The position numbers and the translations under genes were made by a program. The notes beneath the pieces were generated by a model that worked only from the letters and a program-made list of their open reading frames with translations, made no database searches and was not told the origin of the DNA. A DNA stretch of 63,823 nucleotides, counting the filler, from Chiloscyllium plagiosum (taxonomy: Eukaryota): the NCBI RefSeq assembly GCF_004010195.1. It is 5 parts of one record of this genome, joined end to end, with 100 filler letters (N's around TTAATTAATTAA, not from the genome) between each part and the next. Parts side by side here need not be neighbours in the genome. Positions count along the whole stretch, not along the records: positions 1 to 19,933 come from NC_057710.1; positions 20,034 to 30,337 come from NC_057710.1; 3 more parts are not named here. One strand, given 5' to 3'. Below are positions 13,591 to 24,309 of the stretch, in pieces (position 1 is the first letter of the stretch; every line of letters starts with the position of its first letter).

Positions 13591-14239
13591 ATGGTCACAC
13601 ACAAAGGTGGATATGAGGATGAGGGCGGCATTCGCTATATTCTTCCCCAACTTATCCAGAGCTTTGCACATTGTATCCCTGTGGACATGGTCCATCATGG
13701 TCCAGATGAAGTGGACGATGACTTGGGTAACTGCAGTGGTGCAGGATCTGGGAACAGGCCAGATCTGTGAAACGTATAATAACATCAATAATACTTTACA
13801 CCTGATGCCCAGTTTTCTCCACACAATGGAGAGGGATCGGTGCCTAGCTTCTACCTCACCTTGGCGATACGCTCCTCCCAAATTCTGGTGCATGTACCAG
13901 TCCCTCCAAACCATATTCTCAGCACCTTTACATAATCTGATTGACGGTGAAAGGGATAAAGGATCACACAGTCCACTTCCCAAAGAACGTGGCCTCGGTC
14001 TTACCTTGATTGATCTTGGCTCCTGAGGCCAGTTTGAACTGTTCGCAGATACTCATGAGTCTGCACACTGACAACAGAAAACAGCGATATCATCCATGTA
14101 GATGAAAGGTTTGACCTGCTGGCCTCTGCTGCCTGGAATAGTCATCCCTCTCAGGCTCGCAGCTTTCCTGATGGACTCTGCAAAAAGCTGTATATAGTAC
14201 ACAAACAAGGCAGGAGAGAGTGGGCAGCCGCGCCTGACT

Positions 14240-14718
14240 GTACAGTTCTGGTCACCACACTACTAGAAGAATGTGGAGGCTTTGGAGAAGCTATATAAAA
14301 CCAGGATGTTGCCTGGTTTGGATGGTATTAGCTATGAGGAGATTGGAAAACCTGGCTTGTTTTCACTTGAACATCAGAGGCTGATAGAAGTTTACAAAAT
14401 TATGGGAGGCGTGGATAGAATGGATAGTCAGAGTCTTTTTCCCAGGGTAGAAATGTTAATTGTAAGGGGACATAGGTTAAGGTAAAAAGAATGAAAACTT
14501 AAAGGAAACGAAAGAGACAATTTTTTATATACAGAAGGTGGTAAGTGCCTGGAATGCGCTGCCAGAGGAGGTAGTAGAAGTATCTTGACAGATACATGAA
14601 TAGGCTGGAAATAGAGGGACACGAGCAGTGTAGAAAGAAAAGGCCTTTAGGTTAAAAAGATCAGTGTGTCATGGCAGGCTTGGTGGGCCAAAGGGCCTGT
14701 TCTAGTGCTGCACTGGCC
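14240..14718 (+). mobile_element. CR1 3' fragment nested in the Tx1-like LINE
   Basis: TRMLPGL...GLFSLE...IEVYKIM...RGHRL; 3' hairpin gggccaaagggcct. Confidence 0.85.
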
Positions 14719-15053
14719 TTTGAGTCTAGGTCTGATCAGGAAGCTTTCTGATTCCCACCCATTGTCTTGAGGCTGCACTAATAATGTTGGTGTACAGCAG
14801 TTGAATCCAATTGCAGATTCTCTTCCCAAAGCCCTTTATGGAGAGCACGTCCTACATGTAAACATGTGATATTCTGTCAAAGACCTTCTCCTGGTCCAGG
14901 CTGAGGAGACACGCATTCATCCTCCTGTCCCACACATAAACGATCACATCTCTGAGGAACGCAAAGCTCTCAGAGATTGTCCTGCCCAGTAGAGCACAGA
15001 CTTGGTTGGGTGAATCACCAATCCGAGAGCAGACTTGACACAATTGGCAATGA

Positions 15054-15264
15054 GTTGAAACTTTATTGCTGGAACAGCACAGCAGGTCAGGCAGCATCCA
15101 GGGAACAGGAGATTCGACGTTTCGGGCACAGGCCCTTCTTCAGGAATGAGGCCTGTGCCCGAAACGTCGAATCTCCTGTTCCCTGGATGCTGCCTGACCT
15201 GCTGTGCTGTTCCAGCAATAAAGTTTCAACTTTGATCTCCAGCATCTGCAGACCTCACTTTCTC
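15054..15264. mobile_element. Penelope-derived palindromic mini-element with 15-bp TSD
   Basis: Perfect ~82-bp inverted arms (15053-15134 / 15150-15231) plus terminal tail ...agcatctgcagacctcactttctc; TSD cacaattggcaatga at 15039-15053 and 15265-15279. Confidence 0.9.
15112..15147 (-). ncRNA. Minimal type I hammerhead ribozyme motif
   Basis: Minus strand AUUC-CUGAAGA-A-GGGC CUGU GCCC-GAAA-CGUC-GAAU: CUGANGA and GAAA cores, stem II, stem I AUUC/GAAU, palindromic ACGU stem III, GUC cleavage triplet. Confidence 0.78.
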
Positions 15265-16302
15265 CACAATTGGCAATGACCTAAGACAGGATTTTGTAAT
15301 CTGTATTCAGTGGTGAGATTGGTCTCCAATTTCTAATTTACTCTCCCTTTCTCCTTCTGGCTAAGGGTGGGTAAGTGGAACTGAGGCCACAAAAAGATCA
15401 CCCATGATCTTATTGAATGACAGAGTTGGCTCAAGGGGCCAGATGGCCTACTCCTGTTTCTAGCTCTAATTTTATTATACCTTTCCTCATGGCTTTGCAT
15501 ATGCTACCTGCCAGAAGCATACTGTCATACACATCCAGCAGATCCTGACCAATCAGATCTCTCAGAGCTGAATACAATTTGGCCGGTAAGGTGTCACCTG
15601 CAGAACTGCTATTATTTTCTAAGGACGAGAGGCGTTCGTCAGCTCATCCAGAGATAACAGCTAGTCCAACCTCTCCTGCAAACTGTTATCTCAGACAGTC
15701 AAGATAGAGGTCAGGAATGACTGGGAGGCTGTGCTGTCTGTGGGCTTCATGCCATACAGTCTGGCATAAAAGGATTGACTGAGTCTATGTGACTGAGCTG
15801 TCATCTTCCTTCAGGCTGCTGACCATAGAGCTGCTCTTGTGCAACTTCTGGAAGAAGAAACGTGAGCATGTCTCATCCTTCTCAACTGTGCAGACCCTAG
15901 ACTGAAACATCATTTTGGAGACCTCAGCAGCAAGCGGCTTGCTGGTTCTTCACCTCAGAGATCCTCTGTGACATCGACCCTCATCAGCTGCAGCAAAAGT
16001 GGGTTCTGCATTTTTTTCTGGACTAGGCAATTTTATCCATCTCTCTCTTGCCTTCTGAACACCTTTGAGAATAAAGAACCTTATTGTTCCCCTTGACTGC
16101 TTCCCACCAGTCCACTAGACTCAAAAAGGGTTCTCACAGTTCTCCAACCTTTGTAGAGTCTTTCGAGTTCCTCAATCTTTTCTGGAGTCAAAAGTTTCAC
16201 ACTAAGCTTCCTTGTTCCCTTGCCGACCAGCTAGTCGCCCTGTAGGTGGCAAGAGAAAATACCACCTTGACATCAGTGAACCTGACTGAGAACACCTAAC
16301 TT

Positions 16303-16596
16303 GGACAGCACAGTGGCTCAGTGGTTAGCATTGCTGCCTCACAGTGCCAGGGACCCGGGTTCAATTCCCGCCTCAGGCAACTGTCTATATGGAGTTTGCA
16401 CATTCTCCCGGTGTCTGCGTGGGTTTCCTCCCACAATCCAAAGATGTGCAGGTTAGGTGAATTGGTCATGCTAAATTGCTCGTAGCGTTAGGTGCATTAA
16501 TCAGAGGGAAATGGGTCTGGGTAGGTTACACTTCGGAAGGTCGGTGTGGACTTGGGCTGAAGGGCCTGTTTCCACACGGTCGGGAATCTAATCTAA
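16303..16596 (+). mobile_element. tRNA-derived V-SINE (HE1-like)
   Basis: A box tggctcagtgg, B box ggttcaattcc, V-domain gtttgcacattctcc..tgcgtgggtttcc, (ATCTA)n tail. Confidence 0.88.
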
Positions 16597-18062
16597 ACAC
16601 TCAGGACACAAACAGGAAATCTATCCTTGAGACAGACCCACGTGACTGCGACCAGGTGTATCTACATTGCGCGGTCTGTAGGGGTGCTAAAGACATCACA
16701 CAGCTTGGTATCTTTAGCAGTTTCTGTCAGGAATCTGGACGTGGAGTCCAGTTTGCTGTCAGCCCCTCCAGATCATCCATCCACATCAATGATGCAGTTG
16801 AAGTCTCTGACCAGACAGAGCAGCCTGGATGTTACCAGCAGCAGTGGGAGCTGCTGTAGGATGGCCAGCCGCTCACTCTTTACCACTGGGATATACATGT
16901 TAATTAGTTTCAGGAGTGTTTCTGCACATAATCTTTGCTATGAGGATGCACCCACCCACTTTCTTTACCACCTTCAAAGTTACTTCGTTTCAGCAGAATA
17001 CCCAGGCTGGTGGAGCAGCAATCATTTACCTCCCTACACCCCCCGCCCAAATCAAAGGCCATGGGCACACATGCTCAACTGTTTCCTGTAGTTGTTGAGA
17101 TAAGGAATAACTATGAGCAAGGACGCCACCTTGTGCTGGACTGCAGCTGACGTTGTGACAGATTGAGCATCATGAGAGCTTTCTATTTGAGTAGCAGCTT
17201 TTCACAGAGCATGGAAGGCATGGTGTTTATGATCTGGGTTTGCACATTTATGGTTGTGGAAGCAGAACTCCCTGCAAGGTGCCCTCCTTCTGTCTGCAGC
17301 TGCTGCTCTCTAGTCTTGGCTTTTTCACATCATCCTTTTCCAACCTGAATGACAGTATACTTAACAAACTTGGCTAACCCAGCGGTTTGCCAGAAAAGCC
17401 ATGTTAAAACCAATCCTCCTGACACACTAAATTACATTCAGAAATAATTACTGCCAGTTCTAGCAGTCAACAGTATCAAAAACTGCTAAAGACGGATGTA
17501 ATAGTCTCCTTCCCCATCAAGCCGTGATTAGTGAGATGCACTCAGGGACTTTGGCAGTACTGTCCCGGTCCTCCATGTCAAGTGACCATCATATATTCCC
17601 TATCTGTTCAAACATGCAAGCAACGGATCAACTATCTCCAAAAACATGTTATTCATGCAGTTCTCAGCATTGTGGATGCATAGTGATGACTCTGGCTGAT
17701 CAAGTTTCCAACACTAAGAGTTTTGAGCTCTTAAACTTATGACAGTCTCGAGAACAAGATGCATGCTGGAGTTTCCAAATGCCACAGGGTGTACATGCCT
17801 TGGAACAGAGGTACCCTATGTTTCTGTTTACTACATGCACAATATCGAAGTTTAGCTAGTAATGACTAAAAACATGTAATTCCCTTAACTGGACCAAAAA
17901 TAACTCAGCAGCTACTCACCAACCCTAACCCAGGTTTCCAATTCCCTGCTCCCTAACCACATTCTTTGAAGATTACTCTTGTCAATGATTGGAGTCAGTC
18001 AGCTTTTGTATGGTTTTGAATTCATATTGTTGGCTTTATTCTAAGTTATTCTGGTTCACTAA

Positions 18063-18716
18063 TGTTAGAAACGAAAATCGCTTCTCAATAATCGCTCTAG
18101 ACAAATTCAGGAAAACAAAGTTTTATTAACAAGTCTGCAGAGTTGAGCACCCTTGAAAACAAAAAGGCGCGCTGAGGCTTACAAAGTCTCCCATTATATA
18201 CAGTACAAGTCCCTCCCCTCCTTGGCTCTAACGAGCCATGAGGTTCACATTCTTAAAAAAATCATTATTCTCCAATTTGCACTCTTATCACAAAGTCTGC
18301 AACAAAATGTCTTCAGAGTCTCTAAAGTTGTTGTTTTTCTCACCCTGTAGTCTTATCAGTCAAAGACTTATTCTTCTCTGTCTGTGCAATCTGTAGCAGA
18401 TGTCTCTCGAGTCGTTTCCCTATCCTGGAGTCTTATCAGTCAAGGATTCATCCTTCCCTGCCTGTGTTAATGGTTTCATCAATCAAGGGCCAGTTTGTTT
18501 TTACTCTGCTCACAAATTGTCAGCATTCTGCACAATTTAAACTAGCCTGTTTGTTTTTACTCTGCTCACAAATTGTCAGCATTCTGCACAATTTAAACTA
18601 TTCTACTTTTGAGTATATAAAATGTTCTAGAAAAGAAACAAAAGTTTTGTCTTTTATTATAGATCAGTCTGTGGTCCAGGCACATCTTAAAGTTTAAACC
18701 GAAATTACCTCTCACA
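18063..18716 (-). repeat. ERV 3' LTR (654 bp)
   Basis: Starts TGTGAG immediately after the PPT; TATA-like TATATAA ~18194-18200 and AATAAA 18122-18127 on the minus strand; homologous to 20034-20532. Confidence 0.92.
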
Positions 18717-18737
18717 ATTCCACCCTTTTCTTTCTTT
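18717..18737 (-). other. Retroviral polypurine tract
   Basis: AAAGAAAGAAAAGGGTGGAAT directly upstream of the 3' LTR. Confidence 0.85.
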
Positions 18738-18772
18738 AAGATATGCCTGACCTAGATAAGCCCCCCTTTCCC

Positions 18773-19122
18773 TCAAGGGCCCGGGAAATCCTTGGTCTTT
18801 CGCAGCAACATCACTTTAAGTTCCCGCGTCCCATGTTGTGGAACCACCACTGCCTGGAGTCGGGAAATATTTTTCTGAATTAAAAACTGAATACAAGGAA
18901 TTAGGCAGGGTGTTACGAGAAGAAGAATCATGCCTCCCCCAACCACCAGCAACGCCGTGCGCCACCAGCTACCACATAGGAATGGGACACAAATGATCCC
19001 GAATAGATTCGAATCCCAAGTCTTACTGTAGTTCGACATTTGTCACATCTCCCCTCACCCTCCCCCACATACAGGAGTAAACTGATCAATATCCCCACCA
19101 ATACAGTCCAAGTAGAGTTCAT
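18773..19122 (-). pseudogene. env: ERV env remnant (signal peptide joined out of frame to TM anchor and cytoplasmic tail)
   Basis: MNSTWTVLVGILISLLLYVGEGEG (signal-peptide-like), then in another frame SWWRTALLVVGGGMILLLVTPCLIPCIQFLI...*; located between pol and the PPT. Confidence 0.75.
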
Positions 19123-19933
19123 TATTGCTGTCTTTTCAGTTTTACCGACAACGGCTTGTCCCCTTGCTCGCATGTCCAGGTGCTTTCTTCTTCAGGCGGA
19201 ACAGGCCCCTTTATCCTTGATGCGTGGACCCACCCTTTTTCTTTCATCCGAACAGCTGCTTCAGTTGTTAACAGAACCAGGAACGGTCCTTCCCACCGCG
19301 GCTGGAGCTTTTCGGCCTTCCAGGTCTTAACAAGTAACCAATCTCCGGGCTCCACCTTATGCAGGAGGAAGTCAAGCGGCGGAGTCTGAGCCAGGAGACC
19401 TTTCCTCCAGAGTTCTGCAAAAGAACGGGATAAGGCCAGATAAATACATCCCCCCCTTGTAGAGTGGGACATCCATCAACCTTACTCCAATACGGTAATC
19501 CGAACAGCATCTCATAGGGGGAAACCCCGACATCTCGGCGAGGTGCCGTACGTATCCGCAATAGGGCAATGGGCAGGCACTTTGGCCAGGGTAACTTAGT
19601 TTCTAACATCAGCTTAGTCAATTGGGTCTTGAGCGTGCCATTCACTCTCTCAACACGACCCAAACTCTGAGGATGCCAGGGTGTGTGGAATTTCCATTGG
19701 ATACCCAGGGCATTACAGATCAAATGGTGTAGCTTAGAAATAAAATGCGTCCCGCAATCGGAGTCAATAGATTCCATTATGCCATATCTCGGGATTATGT
19801 TCTCTAACAACAGTCGGGCCACGGTTGGTGCATCGTCTTTGGCAGTTGGGAAAGCCTCTACCCAGTGAGTGAAATGATCTACTATTACTAGCAGATATTT
19901 CCATCTCTGTACTGGGGGTAAGTCTGTAAAGTC
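19122..19933 (-). pseudogene. pol: ERV pol integrase domain with one frameshift near 19440
   Basis: DFTDLP..YLLVIVDHFTHWVEAFP; SIDSD; HPQSLGRVERVN (DDE triad); PRWEGPF..GWVHASRIK C-terminal domain. Confidence 0.95.
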
Positions 19934-20033
19934 NNNNNNNNNNNNNNNNNNNNNNNNNNNNNNNNNNNNNNNNNNNNTTAATTAATTAANNNNNNNNNNN
20001 NNNNNNNNNNNNNNNNNNNNNNNNNNNNNNNNN

Positions 20034-20532
20034 TGGCTCTAACGAGCCATGAGGTTCACATTCTTAAAAACATCATTATTTTTATCACAAAGTCTGCAAC
20101 AAATGTCTCCAGACCCTCCCCTCCCTGGCTCTAACGAGCCATGAGGTTCACATTCTTAAAAACATCATTATTTTTATCACAAAGTCTGCAACAAAAGGCT
20201 CCAGAGTCTCCAAAGTTTGTTGTTTTTCTCGCCCTGTAGTCTTATCAGTCAAAGGCTTTAATCTGTAACAGATGTCTCTCGAGTCGTTCCCCCATCCTGG
20301 AGTCTTATCAGTCAAGGATTCATCCTTCCCTGCCTGTGTTAATGGTTTCATCAATCAAGGGCCTGTTTGTTTTTACTCTGCTCACAAATTGTCAGCATTC
20401 TGCACAATTTAAACTATTCTACTTTTGAGTATATAAAATGTTCTAGAAAAGAAACAAAAGTTTTGTCTTTTATTATAGATCAGTCTGTGGTCCAGGCACA
20501 TCTTAAAGTTTAAACCGAAATTACCTCTCACA
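20034..20532 (-). repeat. ERV 5' LTR (partial; R/U5 end lies in the gap)
   Basis: Homologous to 18222-18716; ends at TG (minus) next to TSD ACTAA. Confidence 0.9.
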
Positions 20533-21089
20533 ACTAAGTTCTACATTCTTTACTGCTTCTATAAGTATAAAGCAATGGAAAATCAAGATAGGGCGAAAAA
20601 AGTAATATCTTAGGATGAAGCATCAGCAAACGAGCCAAAGACTTGGCTTCAAATACAGTACATATATCATGTCGCTCTGTTAGAGAACTAGTTACTAGTT
20701 AGTCAATCTTAAGCGGTCCGCCTCAGTTGTTTAAATTTAATCTCTCATTGTTGAAGAACTGGCAAAACCCTCTGTGCTCAAGTTACGTGTAATACCCTGG
20801 GACATAAAATCTCGCAATTGTTTCAGCCTTCTGCTCTATTCATTGCTCTGATGGCTCTCTCATTCTACAGTTCACACACTGGATAGAAGTTAGGTTGTTA
20901 GATAACTTAATCAGATACTCAACCTTGGATCAAGAATGCATTCAGTATATTTTAATGTAGGTCTAGACAAAGAATCCAATGATGGACCAACTTGTGCAGA
21001 ATACATTTTCTCCACAAGAAACCATTGCATCCTTGAAATATTGATGCTCATACAGACTTGTGTGGATTTATACATGGAATACTATTAAT

Positions 21090-21650
21090 ATAGAATAACG
21101 GGAAGGTAAATGGTATGTCAGCCTTTAGTGCACAAAGCATTGGGGTACATGAACCTTACAATTACTGTATAGGGTTTTGGTGAGATCATATCTGGAATAG
21201 TGTGCACAGTTCTCATCTTATATCGTGAAACATATACTTGCATTGGGAGGTGGTACTTCAAAGGTATAAGAGTTTAGTTCCTGGGTGGAGAAACTTGTCC
21301 GATGATGAAGTTGAGTAAAGTGGGCCGACACTGTCTGGGTTTCGATTAAGGGGTGAACTCATTGAAACATAAAAGTTGCTGAAAGGCTTGACAGGGTAGA
21401 ACCAGGGATTGTTTCCTTAACTGGGAATAAGGGGTCAATCATTTAGTACTGAGATGATAAAATAATTCTTTGAATGGCTGTAAATCTTGGAATTCTCTAA
21501 CGCAAAATGATTATGGACGCTGTGACACCAAGCAAATTTTAAGTTACATAAATAGCTTTGGGGCCTTAGTGTATCAAAGGGTATGCAGGTAAGATTAATT
21601 AGCAGAGCAGCCATGTCGGTCTACTTCTGTACCTACTTGTGTTATGTTCT
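21090..21650 (+). mobile_element. Highly decayed CR1 3' fragment
   Basis: Residual LYRVLVR.YLE and RGELIET motifs; ttatgttctt tail. Confidence 0.7.
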
Positions 21651-22734
21651 TTCCAATCTATAACATATGACTAAGGACAGAAAGCACATGGGAACATCTT
21701 CAATTTGATTTTGTAAGTATATTACTGTTGTCTAGTCAAAATCAGGAAATTATCTCCAATAGCTTTGGGTGTACCTAAACCAAAGACTGCAGAGTTCAAG
21801 GTGCTATACATAACCACCTTAAGAGGAATTAGAGATAGGACAATAAAACGGATTTTTCAAGGATTGCTTACATCAGCAAATGATGAAAAATGTTTGAGCC
21901 AACTTAGTTAAAATCTTTGATTTAAAGCAACTACATCATTCTATTTCACTTGTTTGTTATTACTGATGCAGACAGCAATGACTGAATACTGGTCATCTCT
22001 ATCAACAACATTTAAATACCAGCTATAAGACCATACAACTCCAGACTGATACCATTGCAAATCCTATACAAGCAACAAAATGCACCTCATCTACTTGGCT
22101 ACCAAGATGGAAAGTAACTCTTTCCAGCTAGCACAGTTCTGCTCAGGGCAGTGATGTTATCGTTAGTCAATTGTAGTGTTACCAATACACCTTTTAATAA
22201 TTTATTTTTTTATGTTGTACTTATCAAAGAGTGGTGCGTATTTTTTCCTTTATGTTAAGTATGATTAACCAATTGCAATTAAGTTGACCTAGTTTAGATG
22301 AGCAACATTTTGAGGAGAAACTGTTCAAAATCCAAATAAGCCTGTTGGGTTTTACAGGATGCTAAAGTCTTAAGAGTCCAGCACTGAGCATCAAGGTTCT
22401 AGACTATTTGTGTGTCAATCTACAATTATGGCTTTCAGTGTTATCAAATTTGTTGCTGTCAAATGTCCACCTCCACATTGTCTTATCTTACCTTCCCTGA
22501 TAAGGGTGGGAAGGAAAATAGGAATTATTTCAATTAAACGGAATTATGAATGGATGCATTTTCCATTCCTAAATTGAGTTGTAATCTTATTTGAGACGAT
22601 TAGAAAACATTGGAAATCAGTTCACGAGAAATCAGGGAACTCAAACTTACTACTACAGGATACCATGATGGATGGATTTCAATGCAGTTAGTGGCTTGGA
22701 GCTCTGAACTTTAACCCAAACACAGAATGATCAA

Positions 22735-23090
22735 TGGAAAATGATGGAGAAACTTGGCAGGTCTGGCAACATCATTAAGGCAGAACTGAAAATAGCTGGG
22801 AAAGGTGGTATCTACGCAGATGGTGGAATGGGAGAAAGGATATGGGTGTAGTGGGGGTGGAAGGAGAGTGCATGGAAATGGTGCCCAGAGAACCTGCGTA
22901 TGAAAGAGAGCATGAGAGAAGTGCTTGGTGGGGTGATTGGATTGGTTGTGAGCAACCCTTTCAAAACAGGACTTGTGATGTAGGGATAGGTAAGGGACCT
23001 GGAGAAGTTCACATTCTGAAACTGTTAAACTCCATGTTGAGTCATGAAAGCTATAAGGTTCCTAGGCAGAGGAGGAGATGTTGTTGAGCT
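22735..23090 (-). mobile_element. Decayed Penelope-like 3' fragment
   Basis: Minus strand resembles L.LGTL...LNMEFN (end of GIY-YIG region) followed by pLTR sequence (cttggcaggtctggcaacatc). Confidence 0.65.
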
Positions 23091-24309
23091 AGAGGATGAG
23101 GTAATGGTGGAAACAGCAAGTCAAATTGAGTGACATTCATCATAATGATACAGAGAAATCTTCCATCTCACATGAAAATTAAAGAAAACAGTTGCATGAT
23201 CTTTTAAACTTCCGCCCACCTCCCTGCCCATTGTTTCTGTTGCATAAACATCAAAAAATCTTTTACAAGCAGTTGTAGAAGACCACGTACTTTTCCTTTC
23301 TGGAAAAAAGACTTGCCTATAGGAAAGTTTTACTACTTGAAAAATTAAGTGATACACATTTTCAAATGTGTGTGACTATGCTGCTTTTGAAGCAGTGTGT
23401 TATATTATTGAGATACAGAGACACCAGGAGTCTTTAAAGGAAAGAAAAACTGCATGACAGACCCTCAGGAGGTCCGAGAGTCAGTACGCTACAAACATTT
23501 ATGAGCACTGCAGCTAGAAATATCCAGAGACAGCAAACAGAAAACAGCTCTGTTCCTATGAATGAAAAGACAGAACGCAAGAGAAAGAACTATAGCACAA
23601 GGCAAAACTTAGGTCTACCCAAATAACAACCAAGTCGAAGAAAGTCTATTGGTCCACAGATCACTGCTAAAAGTTAAAAAAAAAATGAACAGATTTAAAT
23701 CTCCAATTTGTGGTTTGGAAATTTGACCATTAAAATTTTCTTTTTCCAGTGTTTATTTTCTTTTAACCAACTGGTGTCAAATTGTTTGTCTTATTTGCGC
23801 ATGGGTGTGCATGCCTCGGGTTTTGAATGGATACAGTTTGAGTCGCAGTAGCACATTACATCTTGCATTCTTTAACGCATGGCAGAGAGGAATAAGCTGG
23901 TTACAATAGTTTTTTTGTGTTCGTGATGTAACTTAGCATGAATTGCTTTTAGTCTGAATAACAGTTAAAGCATCTGATCATCTTCATTGTTTAAACATTT
24001 ACACAATTGTGACAGTTTATCTGGCCTGATTATTGGTCCAATATTCCCAGTTAATTCGTAAGTGGCAAAAAGTAGATTTCAAACAGATCAAGTTATAATG
24101 AACAATTTTAAGGAATTGTGGATAAAATAATCTCGAATGGTTCTGATCAAGAACATATTGCTTGGCTGTCACTTTTCCATCACTCATACCTCTGGTTAGA
24201 TGCTAGTGAACTGTTCCAATCAGTTGGTCAAAATACTTCTCTGCTCAATAGAAAATGTCATTAATACAATATTAAATAGTTTTACAATGTCAAGAACTGT
24301 TTATTTTTC

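Larger units (their letters stand above)
12361..17340 (-). mobile_element. Old Tx1/L1-clade LINE, near full length, interrupted by nested insertions
   Basis: AATAAA + A-tail at ~12361-12391 (minus); zf-RVT CPRSGC..EETVTHLLLE; GCPLSP..YMDD (~14090-14235); SLDQEKVFDRISH; RPISPLNTDYKIL (~15290-15325); endonuclease remnants ~16600-16900. Confidence 0.85.
18063..20532 (-). mobile_element. Class I (gamma/epsilon-like) endogenous retrovirus; gag, PBS and most of pol fall in the gap
   Basis: TG...CA termini, TSD ACTAA at 18058-18062 and 20533-20537, two homologous LTRs, PPT, integrase and env remnant. Confidence 0.93.

Noticed and set aside
15053..15231. Hairpin as pre-miRNA or DNA-transposon MITE
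   Set aside because: Arms match Penelope pLTR sequence, the ends are asymmetric and the TSD is 15 bp, which fits a retroelement origin.
16303..16380. tRNA-like A/B boxes (also ~31085-31156 minus)
   Set aside because: SINE heads continuing into V-domain and tail; not tRNA genes.
19934..20033. N44-TTAATTAATTAA-N44 blocks (also 30338-30437, 59199-59298, 62025-62124)
   Set aside because: Artificial 100-bp scaffolding linkers with stops in all six frames; not biological sequence.
23140..24065. Stretch with solo-LTR-like composition
   Set aside because: Could not define TG...CA termini or a TSD.
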